From the NCBI GenBank assembly GCA_964106915.2, contig OZ066921.1: 64,000 bases of DNA. One strand, given 5' to 3'. Under the pieces are notes generated by a model. The model saw only the letters and a list, made by a program, of their open reading frames with translations, ran no database searches and was not told the origin of the DNA. This DNA comes from Podarcis gaigeae. Lineage: Eukaryota. This document shows positions 10,681-21,890 of this stretch, in pieces (positions within the stretch are counted from its first letter, which is position 1; each line of letters starts with the position of its first letter). The translations under genes and the position numbers were made by a program.

Positions 10681-13600
10681 GCAACACGACTTTCCCTCAG
10701 GGTGGCCACCTTGGGAGGGTCTCTGCAGAATTGCAATGGGGTTAGAGAGGCAGGTGGTGTTGCCTTGGTCCTAACAACCCCTCAGTCCCAAATCCATCAG
10801 TGCTCACCATTTCTCTCAACAAGTCCCACGCTTGTCTACTCATCCCAAATCCAGCCTCTTGGGTTTGCTTAATGTGTAGACATCACCTTGTTTTCAGGTG
10901 GCTTTTATTACTATTATTATTACATAATGTATTCATATCCTGCCTCTCTCAAGTTGGGTTCCAAGGTGAATTACTGCATTTCAAAACATTACTAAATACA
11001 AAGGAATAAAGACAAGCTAGTTAAGAACTGTAATTACGTTAGAACCAGCGTTTAAACTACACTTTGCCCTGTATTTTACATCTGCCTTTGCCGGTTCTGC
11101 TCAGGCTTCTTGACCCAGATTCTCATGCAGAGCAGGAGCCGCAAGAATTGAGTCCGACGGTTATCCCACCTCTTTGACTTTGGATAGCTCCCTTCCTAAG
11201 ACCCTTCTTGCTGGAGGTGCACTGGAAGGCTCTGCTGATGAGTTATGGGCTCTGCCCTGCCCTGTTCTTCACCTCTGCGTGCCTCTTTAGAAAGCTGAGT
11301 TTCTTCCTTACAGAGCAGTCTAAATCCCAGCCAGATAGGGGCACAGTCACTGTCCTCCATCTCCACAGTAGCCCTGTTTTTCAAGCTAGCTTGGGCAGAA
11401 GGTGGCGGTGGGGAGGAAAAATCCTGCTTTGATTTATTTACTGATTATATCTCTATGCTACTTTTTCATTCAAATGAATTCTCAAGCAATTTACAAACAA
11501 TAATAATAACATGATAGAGTGTAATAGAACATCAACATATACAGCTTAAATCGTATAGAGTAATTAACAAACCATCAACAAAACAATTGGTAAAACACTG
11601 TGAACAAAGCAGCAAATAAAAAACAAGCTAAATATCCACACTTAAAGCAAAAGTCATCTTATACAATTGACAAATCAATACAGCATTTATAATCTATAAA
11701 ATAATATTAACGGCATTATCAAAATTGCAACCAAAAAATAAAGTAAGCACTGTTAAGTTCATGTGCACATCTCGACACCCCCATGACACATAATCTTACA
11801 CTCTCTTGTTCTTATTAAAATATACATACACATAATGCTGGCAGCAGCAACTCCCTTCTGGAGCTGGTGTAGCCACTGAGATGTTTTGTGCTGCCACCAG
11901 CAGGAGGCCCAGCAGTGGCTCTTCTGCACTTTCAATGCTGCATCCACCACCATCCCCAGCATGGTGGATCGTGGGTTTAGATTGTGCCCTTAACCTTTCT
12001 GATGGACTAAGTTTTAACTTCATTGTTCTTTCATGAAAAAATAAATAGACCAGCAGTTCAGATAAACTTTACAAGAGCTGCATTTAATCAAAGGACTTTG
12101 CCAAGCAGCTCTTTGGCCAGCTAACTAACAAGAACAATGCAAAACCTAAGCTGCTGGATCAAAATAAAGCTTCTGGCAGGCTCAGTTTCTCTGAACATGA
12201 AAATAAGCTTTGGGAAACATGAGGTGCTAGACTGGAGTCAATCAATATTTTTTTATTACACATAGCCAAAGGCCTTCGCAATGCACAGCAGAGGGCAAAA
12301 GCACCTCGTCTGGAGTCAGTAAGGTTAACAATATGATTGACAGTACAGTATTGTAGTTACTATATTGTGCAGCGGAGACTTTTGAATAATGTAACAACAA
12401 ATATATTTTAAGGAGGTATCTAATGTTCAAATTTTAAGATAGCTGGCTTTTTGGGACATTGCCCCCCTACCCTGTCTTAGAGGAGACATCCCTGTGGCTT
12501 CTCATGCCACACAAACTCTCCCACAAGTCCTGTTTTAAAATTCGTAACTATAACATAATAACAATGATGGAGAATCCAAACCTTTGTGCCAGACGGATGC
12601 CTTCACAGGTCCTCCTTCCCCTCCCTCTGTTAACAGAGGGCTCCATGGCCTCTGGACCAGATGGTACCAGGTCACTTCATGTCAAGGACTGTGTCCAACC
12701 TCCTGAGGTGTAGAGGTGGTTTTTCTTTCCTCTGTCCCTTTTTCTGATGTGGAGTCTGTCCAGCTGGGATTTCACATTGCCTTGTGCTGATAACCCCCGC
12801 TCTCAATGCCATTGGGAAGAATTTCCGCTGCATTTCTTCCCTCTGCTCTTCAACTTCTTGTTTTAAAGTCATCTGAAAGGCTTCGCTGTTGCCTTCTAGC
12901 ACCTGATGAAGGGCAGGTGAGCTCTTGCCCAACAGTGCAAGATTGCAGAGTGAGTCCAAATCCAGGCAACAGCGGAGCCAGCCTCATACCCACAACCCTT
13001 CTTAAAGTTTACACCAGTTGCTTGCAGCAGTATAGAGGCCGCATTCCTGCTGCTGGTGCTCTAATGTGATGAACAAGGGGAAAGCACAGCAGTGAAAATG
13101 AAAGTGTGTGTGTGAATGAGCTTCCAAAGGTTAGCCGCACTGTGTGGTGGCAAAAGAATGCAGTCCTGTTCCCTTGTGTTCAAACTGCCTCCTCCCCCAC
13201 CTCAATTTTCTAAAAGTGTAGCTTTAATTACACATTTCCTGCTCGCAGGTTCATCCCATTTTACTGCTTCCTGAGAGGCAAGGGTGAGGGTCTGGTAACT
13301 GATAGCCTATTAACTGCCCCTGATATAACCTCTTTTCACTGTTCCAGTGTCAAGTTTCTGTTCTTGCAGGGGGGAAGGCTTTATTTTCATTCTTTAACAG
13401 GAGAAAATTGCTTTGCTATAAGAAGTAAGGGTTGCCATCCCACCTCACAAGGTTGCTGTGATGAGAAAAAGAGAGTAGCTTGGAAGAAGTGCAGAATAAA
13501 GATTTGATAGGCATCAAGGCACAATAATCAAGGCACGATAAATGAGGTATTACCACTAACTGTTCAGCTGCCTTGATCAGGAAGCAATAACGCAATTTGA

Positions 13601-14329
13601 ATCTACTCGGAGGAAGCAGTTAATTAACTGTTGGAATCCTTTGCTGAATAGAGCTTACTTGTGAGTAAATGCTACAGAATCTTGGCCATCAGGAAGAGCA
13701 CCGCAGGATAACGAGCACTGTGTCAAGCACTTGTGTAGAGCCACCATTAACTGGGAAAGCAGGGCCTCAGGAACACCAAGGAGGATCCCCCAGAAGCAAC
13801 AGGCATGAAAGCCAAGAGGCTGCCTGAAGGACAAACCTGTGGGGAGGGAAAAATGCAGTGTGGGGGGGGCAACTTGCCCTAATTCTGGAGCAGTTAATGC
13901 ATTGGCTGGTTCAGCAGCAGACAGCATCTGGCTGCTGTAGACAGGCTGCCCTTCTGTCCCTTGGAGAGCCCACAGCATTAATCCAGACCCCTGTAGGCCG
14001 GCAAAGCTGCTCAGCATGGAATGAAGGTGATTAAGAGTCAGCAAGATAAACATTTTTCATTGCCAAGATAATCCAATGGCTTTTTGATCTGGCTTGGCAG
14101 AGGATGGGGAGGGAAGAGGGAAGCCTTTCTGATCTGAATGAGCAGCTTCTGCTGGGATGAGCAGGAGGTCAGCAGTGGTCTCGTTTATGGTTCCCACAGA
14201 TGGGAGGAGACCAGAGATTTCCCAGAGCTTTTCTTTCAAATCCTCTCCTGCTTCTGATCTCGCCAATGTAGCCTGGAACTTAACTTTCCTCTTGGCCAAG
14301 GTAGTGCAGGCTTCTGCATTGATTAATTT

Positions 14330-14548
14330 CATTCCATTCCATTTCTATCCCACCTTTTCATCCAAGTAATTTAAGGTGGTATACGTGGTTCTCCCTCACC
14401 ACATTTAATTCTCACAACAACCCTGTGAGGTAGGTTAGGCTGAGAGGCAGAAACTGGCCCAAAGTCACCTAGGCAGCTTCATAGCCGAGTGCAAATATGA
14501 AGCCCAATCTCCTAGTCCAACACTCACCACTACACCATGCTGACTCTC
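14330..14548 (-). mobile_element. MIR/CORE-like SINE (related copies at about 13430-13500, 32700-32780, 44750-45100, 49995-50185)
   Basis: Core ctcacaacaaccctgtgaggtaggttaggctgagag...ggcccaaagtcacc. Confidence 0.7.
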
Positions 14549-15069
14549 AGAATGCTGGGTGCACCTTGTGGGTGCATGGATAGCAGAGGTCTCCCTGTAT
14601 GCTCAGAGTGGGGGTCCCATACAGACTTCCACCTCTCTTGTGTCCAAAACGTGGAAAGTTCAAGTCAGACACACCCCACCGAAATGCCTAGGGAGGGGGG
14701 TTTCATTTATTTGGCTGCCAGTGTCTTCTAGTAGTGAGTTGCCAGAAATCTTAGCTTTTGTGCTGCGGCTGAATCATTTCCTAGCTCTAGATTTCAGCTA
14801 TTGAGAGCTTTTTGCACATGGGCATTTCTGCCAACTTTACTTTCAACCATGCTGGAAGGGGTGCATTTATTCCCACAAACTAAGGGATCAGAGTGAACTG
14901 AGGGTCTGATGCATTCTCACTCCTTGTTTCTCTTCTCAGTGGATGTTAAACTACCCCATGTTGCTACACAGAACAGGGTTTATTTAAACTATTTTTACCC
15001 CACACTGTAGCTGAAAGTGCTCCCGGAGCAGCTAACAAAAATTCCCTTTTCCCAGACCTTTGCTAATTA

Positions 15070-15333
15070 CCGTATTTTTTGCTCTATAAGACTCACTTTT
15101 CCCCTCCTAAAAAGTAAGGCGAAATTTGTGTGTGTCTTATGGAGCGAATGCAGGCTGCACAGCTATCCCAGAAGCCAGAACAGCAAGAGGGATAGCTGCT
15201 TTCACTGCGCAGCCATCCCTCCTGCTGTTCTGGCTTCTGAGATTCAGAATATATTTTTTTTGTTTTTGTTTTCCTCCTCCAAAAACTAGGTGCGTCTTGT
15301 GGTCTGGTGCGTCTTATAGAACGAAAAATACAG
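15070..15333. mobile_element. Tc1/mariner (Tigger/pogo-like) MITE
   Basis: TA target duplication (15068-69, 15334-35); TIRs CCGTATTTTTTGCTCTATAAGAC and GTCTTATAGAACGAAAAATACAG. Confidence 0.85.
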
Positions 15334-16757
15334 TAAATAATCTATGGCCTTTTAAAGAATGTGAGGTCTTTTTATTTTGTTCGTTTCTTACAATGTTATG
15401 CATTTTTGTGTTTTTACATTGTAAACGGCCCTGTTACTCTCAAATGCAGGGCAATATAGAAATATAATAATGATAATCAATAAATAATAAAAAGGGATCG
15501 GGGGGGAGAGAAAGAAAGTAAGTGCTTAAAAGTTGCAGTTTTGCAAATGCTGGTGTGAGGGGGCTGTCCAAAACTTGGAGATACTAACGAAAAGGGGTGC
15601 CAACCCCATGAAGGATGTTACCATAACTTAGTTCTTTTCTAGTTTTGTTTTTTCTCCCTCTAGACTGCTCAGGCCACGGATAAATGGTTGTATCCCACCA
15701 ACCTTCAGGATACAGCTTCTGATATGGGGGGGCCAGGACCAGCTGCCTTATGACACCCCACCCCCACAACACAGCATTCTCTGTTATTTACTCCATTTTG
15801 GCTGGGATGGGCCTGGGCCCTGCTTCTTCTTTGTGCCTGTTTTATCAAACTGGAAGCCCTGAGAGACCTTACCTGAACAGCCACCCACTCGCTGCATTGC
15901 TCTCCTTGTTCCAGTTTAACAGACCATTTCCTAGCTGACTGTGACCCCTCCCTCCCACCTTTGGCCCCTAGCCATTGGAAACAATTGACTGTGACCGGCG
16001 GAGGAATTTGCCACACAAAATGACTTCCTCTCTAAGAGGAAAAAGCCTTCAGCCTCCCTTGATAGGATTGTGATTATGGTTCCATGACTTGCAATCGGCA
16101 TTTCCGTAATGTTTCATTCCCAACATTTATTAAGCTGAAATTTCTGTGTGTGTATAAGGGAGTGGGGGATTTTTGGAAGTTCCACCTTTGTTTCCTACTG
16201 TGGAACCAGATGTTAGTGATTTGTTAGGAGTGCCTGGTGGTCAGCCACAGGGCAGGGCTGGGAACTAGCTGGGTGCTGGGAAAATCAGGAGGCTTGTGTT
16301 GGCTACAGCCCCCTACTAGGACACACACCAGCTCCCCTGCGAGGGACAGGAGATACTTAAGAACCCTGTCTATCCCAGTGGAGCTTCCAGGAGGGAAAGT
16401 CCCATGTCTTACACAGCCTTTCTTATTCCCACACTGGCTGGAGCTGTTGGGATTCACAGTCTGAGACATCTGAAGGGCACTAGGTTGGGGAAAGCTGCCT
16501 CATATGCTGGGCTGGTGGTGGTGCTGCTTTCAGCAGGTGCTCCAGGAAATGTATTGACCCGCATGGGGCCAAAATAAAAGATTGGGAGACAGGAATATAT
16601 CAATGAGAGTCTGAAGTCAAGGATTTGAGGAAAGAAGCCTTGGAAATGTGGGGGAAACAGGGAAAACCTGCCTGGCGGGATTTAACCATTTCTATGACGT
16701 AGTCTGCAAACTCACCACTTGGGGGCAGTAAGCCCGGTGAAGTAGTAGTAGTAGAAA

Positions 16758-17091
16758 TTTATTATTTATACCCCGCCCATCTGGCTGGGTTTCCCCAGCC
16801 ACTCTGGGCAGCTCCCAATAGAATATTAAAAACATGATAAAGCATCAAACATTTTAAAACTTCCCTAAACGGGGCTGCCTTCAAATGTTTTCTAAAAGTC
16901 AGGTAGTTGTTTATTTCCTTGATATCTGATGGGAGGGCATTCCACAGGGCAGGTGCCACTACCGAGAAGGCCCTCTGCCAGCTTCCCGGTAACCTCTTGC
17001 AGTGAGGGAGCCACCAGAAGACTCTCAGAGCTGGACCTCAGTGTCTGGGCTGAACGATGGGGGTGGAGGCGTTCCTTCAGGTATACTGGGC
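16758..17091 (-). mobile_element. L2-clade LINE 3' end, relatively young
   Basis: Encodes YLKERLHPHRSAQTLRSSSESLL...APALWNALPSDIKEINNYLTFRKHLKA, an L2-type C-terminus, followed by a 3' UTR and an AAT-rich tail. Confidence 0.85.
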
Positions 17092-17599
17092 ACCTGGACA
17101 TTGTTTCTGGGCATTCTCTGGTGCGGTCAGTGGGGACTGTTCTGACACTCAGAGTGGAACTTCTGCAACTAGGAGGCTGGGGCAGGTGGCTCAACCCTTC
17201 CTGCTTTGATGGGAGTTTTAACTCCTGGGGTGCTGAGCCCAGTGCCCTGTCAGTCCTGGCCCCTATCCATTTGCCTCCTGTCCCAAAGAGAGAAAGTCAA
17301 AGAAAGAGAGCAGGGAGAAGCTCCACCAAAAGACACCATCCCAGTGATGGCTGCTCTCCCCCTCCTCGTGTTGGATCAATACTCAAAATCTGACCACGCC
17401 ACTTATCTGTTGGCAGGGATCTGTGTTACCCTCCTGCCAAGGCATCTGGGAGCCCAGGATGGCAAGGGATTCACTGGAAGGGAGGAAGACTAACATTAAG
17501 GAAAAGAGCCTGCCATGAATCAGGGCTCAAGGGAAGACGCCGGGAATGCCAAGTGCATCTTGGGCCAAAAACGCAGGCTTATTCAGTGCTCTAGACTCC

Positions 17600-18015
17600 C
17601 ACCCACTCTAGATTATTCTAATAATGAGCTCCTAACATTTCTGCTAACAGCAGCATGTATGGAAATTGCCAGAAGCTGGACAACAGGAACAGGTCTTAAC
17701 ATTGACTCCTAGAGTGTGGTCAGTAGCATTGGCCATGAAGCTGGCCTGTCAAGTCAGAGCAGCTAGTGACAAACACAATCCATTCTCATTCTATAATACA
17801 CGGCAAATATTTATTGAGTGCATGAATCTTAGACCATGGAAGGAAGCCACCTAATGCTCATGGGAAAATGTGGCAAGACCGTTTAGAATAATTGAATGAA
17901 ACTTTATTATAATGCATGATACATCTGTACATATAAGAGGACAAGCTTGGGTTGGTTGTTGTTGGAAAATTCATTTTATTGTTGTTACTGTAATTTGAAA
18001 AAATAAAAGAAAAAC
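17600..18015 (+). mobile_element. L1-clade LINE ORF2 C-terminal remnant with an A-rich 3' end
   Basis: Frameshifted LLTAACMEIARSW...VWSVALAMKLAC...FYNTRQIFIEC resembles the non-mammalian L1 pattern LLTAARxxIAxxWK...WxxAxxEKL...FxxxWxxF; AATAAA at 18002. Confidence 0.6.
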
Positions 18016-18627
18016 ATTTATAAAAACAGAATGCCAAACTGGGCCTGGTCAGGACTCCACTCCTCAGGTGGAGGCAGGAGTAGCTGCCCAGAGGAAGCTG
18101 TAGTCCCTGAGCCTGGGTTTGCTGGTAGCTGGAGCAACATTCCAGCCTGCCTCTCCAGACTCCATTTGGAGCTCTCCAGGGTGCTAAACATCTTGCTTGC
18201 TTGCCTTTTGGACCTTGACCTCAGCTTTGCCTGACCTTGTTTATCTGGATTTCCCACCCTGCATTATATGACCTTACCTTGCTGGCCTTTGCTAGACCTG
18301 ACTTGGTTTGCTTGATCCCAAATTGGGACTAGTGGTAGGTGGCCTGCAATTCTAGAAAACTGTACATAGCACACCCACCCACTTGGGTTCAAGCAATGCC
18401 CACTACCTGGGACAGGACAGACTGGAAGGGGTGATGCACCACTTATTCCCAGGGGCCTTGTGGCATAAAAACTGTATTTCACCACCCAGCTGTCTTGTTG
18501 AGTTTTCTGGGGAATGGGCGCAAGACGTGGGAGGATCAGTTTCATGAGTTGCCTTTGAAAAATGTGGTTCCATATTGGAGTGGGTGTTGAAAGAGTGGAC
18601 TAGGGACATCATCTGGTCAATGAATCT

Positions 18628-18670
18628 GGATTAGAATGTAGGCAGTTTAGGATTAGAATGTAGGCAGTTT
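18628..18670. repeat. Tandem duplication of GGATTAGAATGTAGGCAGTTT (22-bp period)
   Basis: Two exact copies immediately before the Sauria SINE target site. Confidence 0.9.
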
Positions 18671-18679
18671 GCCACTCAC

Positions 18680-19041
18680 GCGGGTGGCGCTGTGGGTAAA
18701 ACCTCAGTGCCTAGGGCTTGCCGTTCGTATGGTCGGCGGTTCGAATCCCCGCGGCGGGGTGAGCTCCCATCTTTCGGTCCCAACTCCTGCCCACCTAGCA
18801 GTTCGAAAGCACGTCAAAGTGCAAGTAGATAAATAGGTACCGCTTTATAGCGGGAAGGTAAATGGCGTTTCCGTGTGCTGCGCTGGTGCTGGCTCACCAG
18901 AGCAGCTTCATCACGCTGGCCACGTGACCCGGAAGTGTCTCCGGACAGCGCTGGCCCCCGGCCTCTTAAGTGGGATGGGCGCACAACCCTAGAGTCGGAC
19001 ATGACTGGCCCGTACGGGCAGGGGTACCTTTACCTTTTACC
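18680..19041 (+). mobile_element. Sauria SINE, near full length
   Basis: tRNA-related head gcgggtggcgctgtggg...ggttcgaatccc, (ACCTTT)n tail, TSD TTGCCACTCAC at 18669-18679 and 19042-19052; CpGs retained. Confidence 0.93.
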
Positions 19042-19959
19042 TTGCCACTCACACAAGCTCAAGTGATTTGTTGGCACCACAAAAGGCTGAGGGCCCTTTT
19101 CCCAATCTGACCTATTTAGATTGTACAAAAGGCACAGCACAGCAACACTGAATTCGTAGCACTCAGCTTGTCGACTGAGAAGACAAGTATCCACCCCAGA
19201 AAAATTGTTCCTGAACAGCTACAGGAATTACTTAGCCTTTTAAACTATACCTGCATATTGGTGCCACCTGGGATTGGCAACGAAGGGCCTTGGAACCTGG
19301 CAGCACAGAAGGGAGGGGGTGACAAGTGCAACACTGGTAGAGCAAGCTGTTGGGGGGGGGCGGTTAAAGGGTTTGTTTTTGCTAAGAGAGGCTGAAGGAC
19401 AAGTGCAGTCAGATGAGTTGGGGTGGGGGGGGGGCAAAAGAGAATGCTGATTTCAAGGCTCAGGATTGTTTTAGGGACCCAACATGATGCCTGCCTCTTG
19501 AAGACAGGCTCAAAGCTGAGCATCACTCCGTTGGCCAAAATCAAGGGGTGGTCTCAAGGCTTGGCATCTCTTCCTGGCATTAGGCCCCTCTCCCCACCAC
19601 ACGGTTTGGGAATCCACCTGGGTGAGGATGTGGCTGGCACTAGAAGAGGCCAACCAGGGGCTCCAGAGGGTGCAATGGTTCAAGGATTAGATGGCCTGTG
19701 TGTGTGCCAGGGGTTGCCAGGATCACTACAGGCAAAGCCACAGAGTCCTAGGGAGCGTAGAGGAGGCTAGTGGTGGCCTCTCTCCGGTAAGCCCTGCAAG
19801 TGGAGCAGGAGCCTGAACCCCAAACTGAGGAGGCTAAGGAGAGGCTTTGCAGGAAACACAGCTTGGCGTGCTGGAGGCAGGTGGAGGCTGGGGGACCAAG
19901 CAAAGCCGCTGGGCAAGCAGAGAGAACAGTGAGCCACAGGGGCTTCCCGAGTCACCCGG

Positions 19960-21060
19960 GCAGGGGGATCCTCCGACCCTGGGGCAACGAGGCCTCTTCC
20001 AAAAGTGCCTGGGACGGGCCTTTCTCTTGCCTCCTTTAGCACAGCCTCTAGCCCGGGTGGAGGCGCAGCCTGGGCAGCAGTGGGACCCCGTTCGCTCCCT
20101 TGGAGCGGCTCTTTCGCCCCAAGCGAACCCAGGCATTGCGGCGAGTGAGGGGCACCACGCACCCCGCTCCCGGGGCCCCGAGGGGCGGTCTGGGGGCGCC
20201 TTTGGAGCGGAGGCCGGGACCTGATCGCCCCGCTACCTCCGCTTTGCTCCTGGGAGGCCGCGGGGCCTTGGGAGCCGGAGCAGTCTGCGAAGCCCGGCCG
20301 GGTGAGGCGGGGCGGTGGGCGGAGGGGGGATCAGGTTACAGGGCCGGCCTGGCTGGCTCTGCGGCTGCGGGCCGGCCTCAGCTGGGCGACTCCAGCAGCA
20401 GCAGCAGTGCCGGGAAGCGCCTGCCGCCGGCTGCGGCCGCAGCGTCGTCAACAACAACGGCCATGGTGAGTCGCGCCCGAGGGGGCGGCAGCGCGCGCAA
20501 AGCTGATGGCTCCTATGAGCATGTGCAGAGTGCCTCGGGGAGAGGAGCGGGCGGAGCCTGGTGCTCCAGCTCCGCAGGGGAAGCGGGAGCCGAACTTTGC
20601 CGGCTGGCGGACGAGGACCATCTCAGAGGCGCCCGAGCTTTGGGGCCGCCGAGGTTCCTTCGTGCACGAAACTGGGGTCGGAGCCTTGCCCGAAGCAGCT
20701 TCGGGGGGCAGTTGCTGCGTCCGACCCCATCTACCAATCCATCGCTGCTCTTCGCCGTTTCTCAGTGTTTAGGAAGCGCTGGAGGAGGCCGGGATCCCTC
20801 CAGGTGGGAAGCGAGCCGGCGGCCTCCCGGCTCAGGTGGCACAGTTCCCCGGAGGGAGGGAGGGGTGGACGGCGGAGCCTCCGTCTTCGGAGGCAGCCCG
20901 CCTCTCCAGGAGGGAAGGACCAAGGGGGGCCCTGGGTTGAGCCCCTTCTGAATATCCATTTCGCGCCCCTTCTCTCTTAGGCACCTCTTCTAGCGCACCT
21001 GGCTAACCCTCGCTGCGGAAAAGTCACCGCGCGGCACATTCCAAAGAGCGCAGTTTGAGA
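19960..21060. promoter_or_regulatory. CpG island / PLEKHG4 promoter and first exon
   Basis: Second CpG-dense block with clustered GGGCGG boxes (about 20182 and 20310-20322) upstream of GCC-ATG-GTGAGT at 20460-20471. Confidence 0.85.
20463..20465 (+). CDS. PLEKHG4: PLEKHG4 coding exon 1: initiator ATG only
   Basis: acggccATG|gtgagt is a Kozak ATG followed directly by a consensus donor. A phase-0 join to 34758 gives [11 protein letters not shown], like the paralogue starts recalled as MDPPSLD (KIAA1755) and MEPEPVED (ARHGEF40). Exon 2 has no Met and has an in-frame TAG upstream at 34674. Confidence 0.8.
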
Positions 21061-21789
21061 AGGGGAAAGAGCAGTTTCCCAGCTTGAAACTGGTGCCATC
21101 GAGGGCAAGGCACGGTCCATGGAAACAGGCTCCCTGCCATTGCAAACTATTCTGAAAGTGGAAATGACTTTCAGAAATGTGTTCCATTGTAGGATGCAGT
21201 AATTGTTAAAGTTTTGGAGTCCCAGGTTCAAAACCTCCCCAAACTGTGACCCCTGAGGCAGGCCACCAGGTCTGCTACCTGGTAACGATAAAGGGTGCAG
21301 GACCCCATGTACACAGCCACCAGTTTGAAGCTGAAAGGTGCCAAGTAATATTTCAGCACAAGCAAGTGAAAAACTTCAGTCATTCAGCACCTGCTGCTGC
21401 TGAACTAATAATGAGATTTTAAAAGTTGAAAAAAAATTGCTATAGTTTCAGCCAATAAACAAATAACATGTGCATTTATTCATTCTGCATAAACACAGAG
21501 AACCAAACACGATAGAGCGATATATATAGTTTGAGGTTAGGCTTTCCAGAATTCTTTAATGAGATTTCCTCCATTCCCAGGGAATTTGAGCAGCTGACCC
21601 TGTTTACTTGCCTGTCTGTACTAAGAAGGAGGAGGGGGTCTTGAGACCCTCCGTCTGCTCCTGTCCTCAGCCATCCATCCTAGCAAAGGAGGGCCATCGT
21701 TTTCATCGTGAGTCCCCAGCAGGGAAAAAGGCAGGGTATAAATAAATATATAATAATTATAATAATAATAGTAGCACAGTGCCTAAAGC

Positions 21790-21890
21790 TCCCTGTCTGT
21801 AAAACCCTGGAGAGCTGCTGCTGCTGCCAGTCAGTGTCAACTACACTAATCTAGATGGGTAAATGCACTGACTCAATACAAGGCAGCTTC
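21790..21890 (+). mobile_element. 3' half of a tRNA-derived SINE
   Basis: accctggagagctgctg...ccagtcagtgtc...ctagatgg...gactcaatacaaggcagcttc. Confidence 0.6.

Noticed and set aside
20100-20951. 283-aa ORF and overlapping ORFs in the second CpG island
   Set aside because: Low-complexity G/A/R/S translation typical of stop-poor GC-rich DNA; the ATG at 20463 is followed by a consensus donor, so the rest is intron.
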